Shown: positions 25,063 through 39,264, counted from the whole stretch's first letter. The stretch: DNA of 62,267 nucleotides, filler included, from Chiloscyllium plagiosum (GCF_004010195.1; 4 parts of one record of this genome joined end to end with filler, not necessarily neighbours in it), one strand, 5' to 3'. The notes: generated from the letters alone by a model not told the origin. Numbers and translations: made by a program.

Positions 25063-26347
25063 GGGCCTTCTTATTCAGCCAGTCATTATCGTTACCATGA
25101 GACAGGAGGAGACCATTCTGCCTATTTAACGAGTTACAGAGGAAAATAGAAGTAATCATTTTAGGTCATTGAGTACATTTTACTGCTCAGGAGGCCATTT
25201 AAACTGCGTGAGCTGCTACACAGGAAGCTGTTGCTAACAGGAAATAGAGAGTAGAGATAAATGCTTATTTTCACATTACAAAGCTGTAACAGGTAGAGTG
25301 CCTCAGAGATCACTATGGGATCATCAACGATCAATATGTGTATCAAAGCTATGGAGGAAGCGACTGGATATATCAAAGCCCAATTAGCTTAAACAACAAA
25401 CTGGTCATCCAGTATGTCATCAAATGGAGGTCGTGTGTCATCAATGTGATATAGGCAAAGGGAGGTTAGTGAGCAAACCTTCACCAGATATAGCATAATG
25501 TGAGTGGTCTATTTTGGATGGAAGTATAAAACAATGGTAAACAATTTAAGTAGTGAGAGATTGCAGAACTCTGTGATACAGANNNNNNNNNNNNNNNNNN
25601 NNNNNNNNNNNNNNNNNNNNNNNNNNNNNNNNNNNNNNNNNNNNNNNNNNNNNNNNNNNNNNNNNNNNNNNNNNNNNNNNNNNNNNNNNNNNNNNNNNNN
25701 NNNNNNNNNNNNNNNNNNNNNNNNNNNNNNNNNNNNNNNNNNNNNNNNNNNNNNNNNNNNNNNNNNNNNNNNNNNNNNNNNNNNNNNNNNNNNNNNNNNN
25801 NNNNNNNNNNNNNNNNNNNNNNNNNNNNNNNNNNNNNNNNNNNNNNNNNNNNNNNNNNNNNNNNNNNNNNNNNNNNNNNNNNNNNNNNNNNNNNNNNNNN
25901 NNNNNNNNNNNNNNNNNNNNNNNNNNNNNNNNNNNNNNNNNNNNNNNNNNNNNNNNNNNNNNNNNNNNNNNNNNNNNNNNNNNNNNNNNNNNNNNNNNNN
26001 NNNNNNNNNNNNNNNNNNNNNNNNNNNNNNNNNNNNNNNNNNNNNNNNNNNNNNNNNNNNNNNNNNNNNNNNNNNNNNNNNNNNNNNNNNNNNNNNNNNN
26101 NNNNNNNNNNNNNNNNNNNNNNNNNNNNNNNNNNNNNNNNNNNNNNNNNNNNNNNNNNNNNNNNNNNNNNNNNNNNNNNGGGAGATTGCAGAACTCTGTG
26201 ATGCAGACGGTATGCATGATCCTGGTACACGAATCATATGTAGTTAGTCTGCACTTGCTGTAAGTGATTTAAAAGCTAAGTGGAATGATTGTGTTTCTGG
26301 CAAAAGGTACCAGATTTAATCAGGAATGTTTTACTGCATCTGTACCG

Positions 26348-26548
26348 GTAAAAGTGAGGAGTGCAGATGCTGGAGATCAGAGTCGAACAGTGTGAGGCTT
26401 GAAAAGCACAGACAATCAGGCAGCATCCGAGGAGCAGGAAAATTGGCATCACGGGTATAAGTACATCATCAGGAATATGCCCGAAACATTGAGTCTCCTG
26501 TTCGTTGGGTGTGGCTGACCTGTTGTGGTTTTCCAGCTTCACATTTTA
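26348..26548. mobile_element. head-to-head inverted pair of family-1 Penelope pLTR fragments
   Basis: Minus copy (TGCAGATGCTGGAGATCAGAG...CATCAGGAAT) joined to plus copy (ATGCCCGAAAC...TTTTCCAGC). Confidence 0.75.
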
Positions 26549-26888
26549 CGAGTTTACATCTGTAGAGAGCATTGCTAAGACCACACCTGGCACATTATGT
26601 GCACTGTTGATCCCTTAACCTACAAAACTGTTATAGACGTTTCTCAACAATGTTTTATTCACACCTTCCCGGAATGAAGGCCTTTTGTTCTGAAACATTA
26701 TCAGTTTTGGACTTAGATGAGAAATCCCTTTGAAGCGTATACAATTTTGAGAAAAGTCAGCTGGATGTATATTTTCTCTTCTCAGAGAGACAAAAACTAT
26801 AGAATACATTTTAAGAATGAAGTGTATTATATGGCACAAATATTATCAAGACATCAAACGATTTTTAAAAGTTAAACGTATGCATACC

Positions 26889-27131
26889 AATGATTGCTGG
26901 GATCAAGTCCAGCGAGGGAAGGGATCCAGTTGGACCGGTGCAGTGATCAAGTGTATTTATTGCAGGGATCCGGTACAATGACTGGACAGATCTAGCTCAA
27001 TTATCACTGAGATCAAGTAGTGCGAGTGAAAGGATCCAGTAGGACCAGCGCAGTGATCCAGTGGATTCAGCGCAGGGATTCAGTAGGATGACTGGACGTA
27101 TCGAGTTCAATGATCACTGGGATCAAGTCCA
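26889..27131 (+). repeat. tandem repeat, about 2.2 x 110 bp with about 21-bp GATC-containing subunits
   Basis: CTG(G/A)GATCAAGT recurs at 26897, 27007 and 27117. Confidence 0.85.
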
Positions 27132-27179
27132 CCTTCCTTATTTCCCCTCCCCCCAACTTATCTCACCCCACCCAATCTT

Positions 27180-27362
27180 TATAATCTGGCATTTCCATGA
27201 CTGATGCGCCGAGCCTGCACATCCCTGGACTTTATGGGTAATTTAGCGTGGCCAATCCACCTGACCGTGTATCTTGGGACTGTGGGAGGAAATTGGAGAC
27301 TGTAATTGAACACGAATCTCTGGAACTGTGAGGCAGCAGTGCTAAACACTGAGCTACCCAGT
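27180..27362 (-). mobile_element. HE1 (V-SINE) fragment with internal deletion
   Basis: Reverse complement of CAGTGTTTAGCACTGCTGCCTCACAG...CCTCCCACAGTCC...TGGATTGGCCACGCTAAATT. Confidence 0.8.
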
Positions 27363-28069
27363 GTGGGCAACACAACTTGCCTGCATATTTCAGCGCTTGA
27401 AAAGTGACATCTGAGCAGGGAGATTCCATAAGACCCAGACCTGTCATTGAGCGACAATAGGACGGCATTGAGATCTTGAACGGCTTGGTCAGGAACAAGA
27501 GCAGGACATGCATGCCATCGAGACTATAATGTAGGAACACCAAGAGGACATTCAGCCCAGCGAGTGGATAAATCAGGAACAGAATGTGCCCAATCAGCTC
27601 CTCATGTCTCTTACACAGCAATTAGCACAGATCTTTTACAACCTTGTGCCTGTTACACAGGAATTGTGAAAGGAAATGTAGAGGTTATAGAAAGCAAAGA
27701 AATTATAATAACCAAATTCATTAGGGAATGAAAAGTTGTGAGAATTCTATTGGTATTGAAGACAAATTGTTAGAGTCCATTATGAAGGAATTAATAACAA
27801 GAAATTTTCAAAGTCAAGCCAGAATCTAGCACAGTCAACATAGTTTTATGAAGAATAAATCATGTTTGAATGATTTGACTAGTTTTCTTAAAAATGTAAC
27901 AAACAAAGAGCAAAGAAAATTTATAACCCAGGAACAGGTCCTTCGGCCCTCCAAGCCTGAGCCGATCCAAATGTACTCTCTAAACCTATCGGTTAATTAC
28001 TAAGCTTATGTATCCCTCTGCTCCCCACCTACTCATGCATCTGTCCAGACGCATCTTAAATGAATCTAC

Positions 28070-28870
28070 CGCAGAGCGCTTCGGAGAATATCTCTGAGAC
28101 ACCTTCACCAATCAACCGCATCACCCACTGGCCCAACACTTCAACTCCCCCTCCAACTCTCCTGAGGACATGCAAGTGCCAGGCCTCCTCCACCGCCGCT
28201 CCTTCACCACGCGACGCCTAGAGGAAGAAGACCTCATCTTCCATTTCGGAACACTTCAAACCGAGGGCTTCAATGCGTACTTCACCAGTTTCCCAATTTC
28301 CCCTCCCCCCACTGTATATCCTTTCCAACCTTCTCGCTCTGCACTGTCCTCATGACCTGCCCTACCTGCCAATGCCCTTTCCCACCTATCCGCTTCACCC
28401 TCCCATCTGAGCTATCACCTCCATCCCCACCCCATACACCTTTATACTTTTGCTAACTTACCCCGCCCTCCTCTCTGACGTATCACCACTATCCCCAAAC
28501 CCATTCACCTATTGTACTCTTTGCTACATTCTCCCTAGCCCCACCCACACCCCATTTATCTCTCCACCCTGGAGGTTTCCTGCTTCTATTCCAGATGAAG
28601 GTTTTTTTGCCCAAAACGTCGTTTTTCCTGTCCGCGGATGCTGCCTGCCCCGCTGTGCTTTTCCAGCACTACTCTGATCTATACTCTGGTTTCCAGCATT
28701 TGCAATTCTCACTTTTGCCTGGAGGTTTCCTGCTTCTATTCCAGATGAAGGTTTTTTGCCCAAAACGTCATTTTTCCTGTCCGCGGGTGCTGCCTGCCCC
28801 GCTGTGCTTTTCCAGCACTACTCAGATCTATACTCTGGTTTCCAGCATTTGCAGTTCTCACTTTTGCCTA
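28070..28870 (+). mobile_element. Penelope-like element 3' end (GIY-YIG C-terminus, pyrimidine-rich 3' region, two tandem 150-bp pLTR units)
   Basis: MQVPGLLHRRSFTTRRLEEEDLIFHFGTLQTEGFN, homologous to 49960-50120; tandem units start at about 28568 and 28718. Confidence 0.85.
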
Positions 28871-28995
28871 GTTCAAAATATCACCCCAACACCACCTTCT
28901 GTATGTTGAAGTCTTTACAGTGAGGAAGAAACTGATTCTGAGTTGATGCGAGCAAGAGCAGCTGCCACCACCAGTGTCGGAAACGCAGAACAAAA

Positions 28996-29066
28996 TAGCA
29001 AAAGCAGCTTTTAAAGCCACACTGCACAGTTAAGAGCTCAACACGTTCCAGTTGTGCCACTGAGCT
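28996..29066 (-). pseudogene. degenerate tRNA-iMet pseudogene (paralog of 13808-13878)
   Basis: Same position in the duplicated unit. Confidence 0.55.
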
Positions 29067-29665
29067 GTCTCGGCAAGATGCACTATGGATCGCTATGAAA
29101 GTATAAACGGGGACACATATTCTCTTGATCAGGAGCACTCACAACCTTGGAATTTCTTGTGCCTCTATTCCAACAAAGAAAGACAGCACGCCCACCTAAT
29201 GCATGACTGGAGCCAGATAATAACTCCGCGCACTCATTCCCATCCCCATGTCCGGTTGGACCTGGGTGGCTCCGTCACTGTTTCCCTGATTCCGGGACAG
29301 GGAACTGGGATGATGTGTGATTATCTGCAGAACTGATTACTGCCTTGAGTGGGGTAGCTGGGGTAGCTGGTGAAGTCACCGATGTAAAACTACAATGCTA
29401 TTGAAGTATACATTTCAACAATATCCTGCACTGTCCCCCGAGGATTTGATGCTTTGTGGAAATCCACCAATGTCAGTTTTCAACATTCTCATTCAAGAGA
29501 TCTCCACAGCCTCTGAGGACATTGAAGTTAAACATTCAGCTCATTCTCAGTTCCCACATGTCTGTCAATGTCCGCTGAGTAATTATATTGTACACTTGTT
29601 GTTCTTCAGAACATTTCCTCTGCTAGTATTGTTATTGCTGTTTGCCAGCATGCTGATGTGTGGTT

Positions 29666-29734
29666 GCTTTGATCGTCGTTGACTTTATTTGCATTGTGAC
29701 CACAGCAACGTCGGTACAAAATCAAATCATATCA
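29666..29734 (+). pseudogene. tRNA-His pseudogene (paralog of 14468-14530)
   Basis: TGATCGT...TTGTGACCACAGCAACGTCGGTAC. Confidence 0.65.
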
Positions 29735-31066
29735 CTACGTATTCTCTCCGTTGTCCTTTTAGTGACATCTGCTAAGAAATTCATTGTTTTACCTTGAAAT
29801 TCCGTTCTCTCACATCTCTGCGTTTCATGTATCAGAATTCAAACACACCCGTTGTCGGAGATTCCGCTCCTTCCCATGATCTTTAAACCTCCTTTCCGTC
29901 CCTCCTTCCATTTCTCTGAGGCAATGCAAAATCTAGCACTCTTCTTCACATTGATACTGTTCTGTCTGCTGCTGCTGTCACTGTTTTTGAGTGAACGGCC
30001 CCCATCCCTCCATTGGGACCTTCAAACAAGTCGGTCTATTTGGGTAGCGCATTTGTGAAATCAATCTCCCATGTAGCAGCTTTTACTGACATAGACAGGA
30101 GACAATTGGAGCATTAGGGTCTTGAAAAGGACCCAGGGCAGTTTTGGGGAAAATATATTTTATTGGAAAAGATCAGCTTTCGTGGCTTTCTGCGATGGTG
30201 TCGTGGTAATTTCTTAGGACTAATAATCCAGAGATCCAAGTAATAATCTGGGTATGCGGACATGAAACCCACCATGCTAAGATTGTAAAATTTGGATTCA
30301 ATAAATATCTGCAGTGGAGAATCATATGACTAATATAGATCCATTGATCATTGATGGGGGTAAAAAATCCATCAGGTTCACTGATGTCATTTCGGGATAG
30401 CATCTGCTATCCTTACTTTGTCTGACCTGCATGTGACTTCAGTCTCATAACAATATGGTTGAGTCTCAACAGCCCTCTGGGCAATTAGGAACGGGTAGTA
30501 AATGCTGCCGAGCCAAAATTTATACCAAAGGCTCATTAGGCTCTAGCTAGAGCAGGGTGTGCAATTTTGCAATTCACATGAGAGCAGGAATGTGATAACA
30601 CGGAGAAGTTTTCAGGAGATATTTACCAGGATATTGTTTGGGCTGAAGAATTTCAGTTAGGAAGAAAGACAGGACAGAGTGAAGTGTTTTTCACAATGCA
30701 AAGGGGATGTAGGTAAGACATGATTGAGTAAGGGTATGGACAGGGTAGTCTGAAAGAGTTTCCCATTGATGGAGGGATCGAACAACGGGTGCTAGAGAGT
30801 TCAGGAAAAATGCAGAAAGGTTTGAGATTATGTGCGGAAAAACTTTATCAGCCAGCGGGTTGTTCGGAATTAGCAATACACTGTCTGTAACGTTCAGAGA
30901 GGCAGAAACCCTTTTAAACTCAAGAAACATTCCGATGTGAATTTGTGATGCCAAGACAAACAAGGTTGTGGGATAAACATTGTGAAATGGAATTCAGTTC
31001 GTTAAATAGTTGTATTTTTGAAAAATTTAGCCACAATTGGCTGAAGGGCCTCCTTTGACACTCTTG

Positions 31067-31127
31067 TCCTGGGTAGTATAATGGTTTGTGTCCCCGCCTA
31101 TCACAAGGCTCAATTCTCCGCTGGGGA
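31067..31127 (+). pseudogene. tRNA-Asp pseudogene (paralog of 15851-15911)
   Basis: TCCTGGGTAGTATAATGG..TCCCCGCCTATCAC..TGGGGA; same internal deletion. Confidence 0.75.
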
Positions 31128-32766
31128 CAGTATAAATATTTTAAAACTGTCGCCCCGTTCCCAACTGCGGTATTGATATTTGTCCTTCCATTCTCGATGG
31201 GGCATGTCACAGGACGGACAGTGCTGCCTGAATCAAGGTGGGGAAGGGTTGCAGCTCTCAGGGAGGCAGCGTGTCAGTGAAAGTCCAAACATGTGACTTC
31301 TGCAAGCTGCATTCATTGTCTGTATTGGAATGAAAACCATTTGACAGACTTCTTCCGGTTTGAAGTGTTTACTGGAAGCAGGAAGCTGAGGAAGAATCAG
31401 GGTAAAAGTATTTTAATGTGAGTGCAGAATCATTTCATGCAGCACTAATGAGACTGTAAAGCACAGAGTAGTGTTTAGATACATTGAATTTGGGTTGATG
31501 GGCGCAGCTTAACTTGATGAGGCTGAGTTACGAGGGTATAAAACCATTAAAAATGATACAGATTTTGCTCACTGTGATAGAATATTGGTTCAGTAGTTAA
31601 CACCGCTGTAAGGGCTGAAGGTTAGTTAGATTGGCCAAGGTAAATTTCCCTCTCGTATCGAGGGTGTGAATTAAGTAAGTTAAGTGAATTAGCCACGGGT
31701 AGCGCGGAATTGGGTCAGATGTCACAGGACGCCAGGTTATAGTCCAGAAGGTTTATTTGAAATCATATGAGGAAGAGCTGTCCCTTATTTAGGTGAAATA
31801 CACAGGAAGAGGGAAGGGAACTAGATCTGGGTGAGATGCTCTTCTGCGAGTCGACACGAACTGGATTGACTGAAATGCTCTTTCTGCACTGTGGAATACA
31901 GTGATTCTATCAGAGAGGATAATACCGGCGTTTACGAGATCGTAAAGTCATTAGAGACAATGCTGACGGTGTTCACTGAAGACGAAATTTTATTCACTTG
32001 TTTTCTTTCAAAATTTAGAACAGTTATCCCTGAACCAAGGAAGACTTCATGAAGGTTTTTCAGGTTATGAAATGCTTAGACAGAGTAAATATGCGGAAAA
32101 TTCCCTCTTTCAAGTTAGTGAATATCAGAACGTCAAACCTTCAAAAACTTTGATGAAACCTTTGAGGGACAAAGAAATGATAAGAGCAGAAAATCGCTGA
32201 CACTACGAGAACCTGTTTTTCAAACTACTTGCAAAGGCACAGTTGGTGACATACAAGGAATAAATTTGACAAGGAGAGAAATATCCGTGGCTAGATAAAG
32301 TTGCAGGGGTGGGGTGTAGACGGTTGGAAGTCGTGGGGAAACAATGTCTCAGTTAGTTGCCTTTAAAAGTATAGAAATTTCGTGAACATGCACAGCTGAA
32401 TAAGATTTTGTTTCAAAAACCCTGGATTTGGAAAGATTTGGCATACTATGCCACCTGAAGCATCGCAAATGGAACTCAGTGGATTTTTTTTTATTGTAAA
32501 GGAAAGATATTACATAATGAATAGTAAGTGACCAGTTGCTTGACATCGACGTCTATCTTTAATCACGTAGCTAAAAGATGTGATCACAATGATGCTTGGT
32601 CCATTTAATGATCAGTGAAATCTGCCAAAGCACGAGCAACAAAACTGTTGGTTTTTCTTTTGGACATTAATCTTCGCTTTTTCTAAGCAGTATATTCTTT
32701 CAGCTGAAATAAATTTGGAATAAATTTGCATATATCATTAATCGTTCCAATGAGATAAATCTAATT

Positions 32767-32866
32767 NNNNNNNNNNNNNNNNNNNNNNNNNNNNNNNNNN
32801 NNNNNNNNNNTTAATTAATTAANNNNNNNNNNNNNNNNNNNNNNNNNNNNNNNNNNNNNNNNNNNN
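32767..32866. other. artificial scaffold spacer
   Basis: N44-TTAATTAATTAA-N44. Confidence 0.95.
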
Positions 32867-34730
32867 CAAAGACCCACAAAGGGCAACAACAAAACCAACG
32901 AGGAGGGAGAAGATTAAATATAAGTTAACTACTAATATAAAGTAAGACTGCAGTTGTTTCTTTATTCTTATAAACGCAAAAGAGAGGTAGAAGTTGACAA
33001 TGGGCCGTTGGAAAATGACAATTGACAGAAAGTAGTGGGGAACAAGGAAATTGTTGAAGAACTGAAAAAATATTTTTTGCCAGTCTTCACAGTGAAAGAC
33101 ATGAGTTATACCCAAACATACAAGAGAATGGGGGAGCAGATGTGAGTCTAGTGGCCATCACTGTGAAGGTCCAAAAAACACTGAATGGCCTGAAGGTCGA
33201 TACATCATCTGGATCAGGTAGAATACCCTCCAGAGTTCTAAGGTAGACAACTGAATAAATTGTGGATACGTTAGTGGAGAGCTTTCAGGATCCGCTAGAA
33301 TCAGAAAGGGTGCTATAGGACTGAAAAATCACAAACGTGACACCCCACAAAAGCTGGAAAATTATAGAGCAACCAGCCGTATCTTGGTTGAGGATAAGAT
33401 CCTGGAATCCATTCCGTTGGAAGAAATTTCTGAATACTTGGAAGTGCATGTTAAAATAAGGCAAAGTCAGCAATGTTTCGTCATGGAGAGGCCATACTTG
33501 ACAAATCTGCAAAAAATCCTCTTTGAGGAAGTAACGAGGAAGACAGACCAAGGAGAGACATTGGATGTTATGTGTCTGGGCTTCATGAAGGTCTTTGATA
33601 TTTACCGCACAGGAGGCTACTGAATAAGGTAAGGGCCCATGGTTTCAGAGGAAAGCTGCGTTCGCAGGACAGAAAGCAGTGATTGGTAGCAAAATGATCC
33701 TTCTCAGGATGTCAGCTGGTGACATGTGGCGTTCCTCAAGGCAGTGCTGGGGCTACAACTTTTCATTGTCTCCATTAGCGATCTAGGTAAAGTACCTGAG
33801 GGCACTGTGTATCAATTTGCAGACAATGCAATGGCAGGACAGTTAAAATTGAGGAAGCGGGGATGCTGCAAAAGGATATGGACATGTAGGGAGCATCTGA
33901 AAATAAATGGCAGATGGAGCATAATGTGAGAAAGTGTAAGGTGTTGCACTTTGGTCGGAAGAATAAAGACACGGACTGTTGTCTAAATGGGGCGATGGTG
34001 CACATGCCTGTCTTCCAAGGATACTTGAGTATTTTAGCCCAGGAATCTCTTAATATGAAGTTGCAGATTGAAGCTGTAGTTTGGAAGACGGCTGCAATGC
34101 TGACATTTATTTTTGGAATATTTGAATATAAAAGCAGGGATGCACTTCCGCAGCTCTATAACAGTCTGGTCAGACCACATCTGGATTACTGTGTGTACGT
34201 TTTGTTATCAAATTTCAGGAAGGATGCACTGGTGCTGGCTGTGTTCAGAGCTGATTCACCATTATGGTGACAGAAATGAAAAGCTTGACACATGAGGAAC
34301 GTTCGAGGACTCTGGGTCAATACTCGATGAAGTTTAGAAGAATAAGAGGGAATCTAATTGGTACTTATAGAATCGTGAATCGACTAGACAGAATGGATGC
34401 TGGGGAGGTGTTTCCATTTTTAGTAGATACTAGAACCCAAAGGCACAGCTTTGGAGAAAAGTGAAGACATTTGAGAGCAGTAATAAGAGATACTTATTCA
34501 GAAAGAGAGTGGTGAATGTATGGAATTCGTTGCCAGATAAGTCTGTGGAAGACAGGGCTGTGATTACATGTAAGACTAAGGTATGTAGCAGCGTGGTTGT
34601 CAAGGATATTAAGGTTTATGGGGCGAAAGCTGGAGAATTGGGTTTAGAAAGTAATTGCCATGATCTAATGGCAGAGCAAATACACTTAGCTGAATTGTTT
34701 AATTTCTGCTCTATTGTCTGATGGACTTAT
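32867..34730 (+). mobile_element. CR1 LINE ORF2 to 3' end
   Basis: KCKVLHFGRKN, LYNSLVRPHLDYCV, RVVNVWNSLP; paralog of 12190-13365 and of 53800-54570(-). Confidence 0.9.
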
Positions 34731-37618
34731 GCATCGAATGACCTCCATCTGCAAGTTCTCCTCCAAGGAACGTGCAAGCCGGACTTGGAGCCTTGTCTGC
34801 GAAAATCTAATTGAGTGCTGATCCAGACTTGATGCTCCAAATGGTCTATTTCCGCCCTCCATCTTCTATTTTATCATTCTTCATAAAAAAAGATGAATGC
34901 AATGACCACTCCTGTGGCCAGTCCTCTGAATCATCTCTGAACAGACAGTTGCTAAAGTTCCAGCATCATATCCCTGCTCTTATACTCCCCCTTGCGATCA
35001 AGAACAGAAAGTATCTCCAACCCCTTGAGACCACTTGATCCCTTGTCCAATCCCCTTCAAAAATTCGTGAATGCCTCCTTCAACTTCTCTTTTATTACTG
35101 TAAACCACTCAGTATTCACTCTTGTCTCATTGTTTCTCCCCAAATTCATTATCACCCACTTCGCTGGATTGAATTCATTTCAGCACTTTTTCTTGCCAAT
35201 TGTTTCCAATCTCCCTGCAGTCTGTGGCTTTCTTCCTCATGGTTAACTACATCACTAATTGTTACATAATTTGCACACTGCTAAATGATCACCACGACAA
35301 ATAATTAAAAATCATTGACCAATATGAGAAAACAATGGAACTCATAGAAGCCATGTTTCATACGCTCACAGAGGACACCAGAATTGGAGACTGTAAAGAA
35401 GGTGATCGAAGATTCCAGAATGATCGTAATCCAATGCGTCTTTGGGCTGAAAAATGTCAGATTGGAGTTCAATCTGGATAAATGGAAGTTATTGTATTTT
35501 GCTACATCAAATATGAGTAGGGCTTATAGAATTAGTGATCGGGCGGTGCATCGTGTTGTGGAAAACGGAGGCCAGGGATGCAGATGCATAATTCTTTTTA
35601 GTTTGCTTCACATATCGACAGGATGGTTAAAAAAAATTGTCATCCTGCATTCGTTGCTCAGTCCTTTGAGCATAGGAGTTGGTACGTATTGTTGAAGTTG
35701 AATAGGATATTGGTTGAGGTCTCTTCTGGAGTACTGCGTCCAGTTCTTGTCGCCAAGTAATAACAAGGAAATTATTAAGCTGGAGTAGGTTTAGAAGAGG
35801 TATGCCTGCGTATGGCTAGTGGGGAAGGTTTATGTTAGAACGAAAGGCTGGAGAGGCTGAGAATATTTTCACTCGAGCACTGGAGTTTGAAAGGCGACCT
35901 GTTAGAAATTTATAATTTTTTGAGAGTCAGATAGAGTTAATTGTAACTGTGTTTTCTGCAAGGAAGGGACTTCAAAACAAGAGGGCAATTGATTTCGTTG
36001 AAAAGAGAGAGATTTAAAATAAGACATGAGAGGCTTGTTTTTTTTTAACAGAGGATGGGTTATGTGTGCAATTCACTTCCTGAGGCAGTAATGAATGAAA
36101 GTACATTTACAATGTTTACAGGATATTTAGATAAATGAATTAGAAAGTTTCAGTGGGATTTAAAAATAGCTGTTCATTCATACCTAGTCTATTATTTATT
36201 GCCCAGAGGGCAGTTCGGAATCAACCACGATATTATGGATCTGGAGTCACATGCCAGCCAGACCAGATAAGTATGGCAGTTTTGTTTCTCGATCAGGCAT
36301 TAGTGAATCAGATCTACAACAACTGATGCAACATTATCATTAGACTCTTCAAATCTAGGCATTTATAGAAATAAAATTCCAGCATCTGCCATGCCAGGAT
36401 TTGAACAGAATTATATCTGGACATTCGTATGAACAATGCAGTAATAATAATAATACAAAGGCATTATTAACCTTCAACAATTACAGGAGCTGTCAGATGC
36501 GACACGTTAAGTTTGGCATTATGTTCAGTATGAGCTGTTAGGAGTGAAAGGCCTGTTTTCATGCTGTGTGAGTATATGACTTTGACGGTATTAAACTGGG
36601 AGCTGGTTGGGATTAACTGCAGCATTGACAGTTTAATTGATCTCCTTCTGGGATATGTAATCTTGCTGGTTACTCTGGAGTTTTTGTTTGCTCATTGAGC
36701 CTTCCCCACGCACGGGACTGTTGAACAGTCATTCCCCAGTTTGACTGAGTAAATGAGTTTCCACTTCAGCATGTATTTGAATCCCACACATTCTGTCTTT
36801 GCTTGTGTGAGTTTCCTCCCACAGTCTGAAGGGGTGCAGGGTACTGCGATCAGCCATGGAAATGATGGGGAATGGAATAGGTATGGAGTGTGGGTCTGAT
36901 AGTATGTGCTTCAGAGGGATGGTGTCGTCTGCAAGGGCTGAATGGCCTGCGTCCCCATACGGTAGGCATTCTCGGATTAAGGGTCTACTACGTTGTTCTG
37001 GCCCTGGAGTCACAAGGAGGCAAGATTTGGTAAAGATGGTAGAATGCCCTGCGTAAGGGACATGCATGAATGGGATTGCAGGAATGGGATTGCATGTTCT
37101 CTGTTCCTGAGGTCAGCTTTCCATTCCAGGTTTTATTCAACGAATTGTAACATTACCAGTTCCGTGTCTGAGTCCCCAAGGATGACTAGTTTATTATATA
37201 ACCAGAACACCACCTTCTCCAGGTTACAGTATTTACTGGGAACAAGAAGCAGATTCTGAGGGGATGCGAGCAAAGGCAGCTGCTACTGCCAATATCAAAA
37301 ACATGGATCCAAACATGAAAATGAAATTTCGAACCTTGCCACCCCAAAGTTAAAGTCTTAACAATCTTTAGATGCGCCAATCGACTGTCTCAGCGACATG
37401 TACTGCTTATGGCTATAATATTATAAATGGGGGCAAGTATTCCCTTCCGCCCCGTTTTTGACCAGAAGCAATCCCAACCTCGGAAATAAACGCGCTGCTC
37501 TCCCGTCATTCCATCCCAACTTCGAACTTGATCTTCATGGCTGCTTCACACAGTTTCCCTGATTCCGAGTCTGGAACTGGAATTAAGTGTGATTGCCTGC
37601 AGCAGTTGTTATTGCTTT
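33944..37618 (+). repeat. inverted segmental duplication, arm 1
   Basis: Reverse complement of 50838-54570, with three larger indels. Confidence 0.95.
35340..36160 (+). mobile_element. decayed CR1 RT C-terminal fragment
   Basis: EDTRIG, LEFNLDKWKLLYF, LEYCVQF motifs. Confidence 0.75.
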
Positions 37619-37891
37619 GTGTGGGCAAAGTAATGGAGTAGCCGATGTTAAACTATAATGCTATTGAAGCATATATTTGAACAATATCCTGCACTGTCCC
37701 ATGAGTTTCAAGAGTTTCATTAATCCCATTCTCCAGTACTCTCATTCATGGAATCTCCACAGACTCTGGGGACTTTGAACTAAAAGATTCAGCCCATTTT
37801 GAGTTCCCACATGCCTGTTGTTAAGTCCTGATATTATATATTATTCCTGACATTTCCTCTGCTAAAATACTAGCTGAAGTTGGCAAGCGTG

Positions 37892-37963
37892 GTCTGTGGT
37901 GTTTAGTATTTCGTCTACTGCGTTGTGATTGCCACGACTTCGAATCGACTCTACATCATGATA
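37892..37963 (+). pseudogene. highly decayed tRNA-His relic (third module copy)
   Basis: CTGCGTTGTG anticodon arm; syntenic position between the iMet-like relic (about 37320-37385) and the SINE. Confidence 0.5.
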
Positions 37964-39264
37964 GTCAGTTCTCTCAAAGTTTTGCTTTTGGTGAAACACG
38001 GTAAGAAATTACTCGTTTTTACATGACAATATTCTCCGAGGTGATGATTTGTTTTCCATTGAATTTCGTTCTATGATATTTCGGCGTTTCATTTGTCAGC
38101 ATTTAACCCCAAACGTTCTTTAAGATATCTTTCCCTCCCACTCACCCTAACTCTCTTTTCCGACCTTCGTCTCATTTGACTGAGGTATTGCACAATGGAA
38201 CATACACTTTCACGTTGATACCATCTACTCACTGTTGCTGGATGACCATGCCCCAATCTCTTCATTGGCACGTTTAAATCATTCAAGTCGTTTGGATATC
38301 GTAGCTGTGTGATCAATTCTCCTTTCGCGGTTTTTACTGACATGGACCAGAGATTATTGGAACGTGAGACTCAATAAATGGACACAGAGAATAATTGGGA
38401 AAAAAGAGACTCTATTGGAACAAGTCAGCCATGATGGTTTTCTGCGATAGCCTACTCGTATAATCACTTGATTGTTAATACGAAAGGCCAGGTAACATCT
38501 CAAGGTCGATGGGTTCGATTCCCACCACACCACGACAATGGTAAAATATGAATGCAAGAAATACCTCCAATTAAGGATATGCCAAATCCGTTGCCTGAAT
38601 GACCCATATGTTTCACTGACGTCCTTGAGGGAAGGAAACTGCCATCCATGTCTCCTTTGGCTTCCACGTGTCCCCGGACCACAAGCCGATAAATGCTGCA
38701 GAGCCACACCGCATGCTGGTGCGACAAGGTAAAAACGGTTCATTCGGTTCTACTTAGACTATTGTCTGCAGTTCACATAAGTCCATGATCTGATCGCACT
38801 GGGAAAGGTTCAGGAGAGATTCACTCGGATAGTGTCTGGTCTGAACAGTTTCAGTCATGAAGAAAGACAGGACAGACTGGGATTGTTTGTCACCGTGCAG
38901 AGGAGTTGGCGAGAGGCATGGTTAAGTTGCACAAAATCTTGAGAGGTATGTATTAGGTAGACTGAAAGTAGCGTTTCCCATCGACGGAGATATCGATCAT
39001 AGGGGCCAGAAATTTAATGAGAAAGACAGAAAGGTTTAAGTAAATGTGTGGAAAAGCATGAGAGTCCGGCAAGTGTTGGAATTTGCAACACTGTGTCTGT
39101 AAGGGTCAGGGAGGCAGGAACCCTCATAACCTGAAGAAATATTCAGATGTGAATATGTTCTGCCAATACCGATAAAGCTATGGGCTAAGCGATTCAGGTC
39201 GTTAAGCAGTGGTTTTTGACAAGTGGAGCCACAATGTGCTGAAATGTCTCCTTTAAAACTGTTG

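Larger units (their letters stand above)
28834..32766 (+). repeat. segmental duplication copy B
   Basis: Colinear with 13646-17499. Confidence 0.95.

Noticed and set aside
24814..27131. CRISPR-like interpretation of the 62-bp and 110-bp repeats
   Set aside because: Whole units are homologous with no unique spacers, there are no cas genes, and the context is eukaryotic
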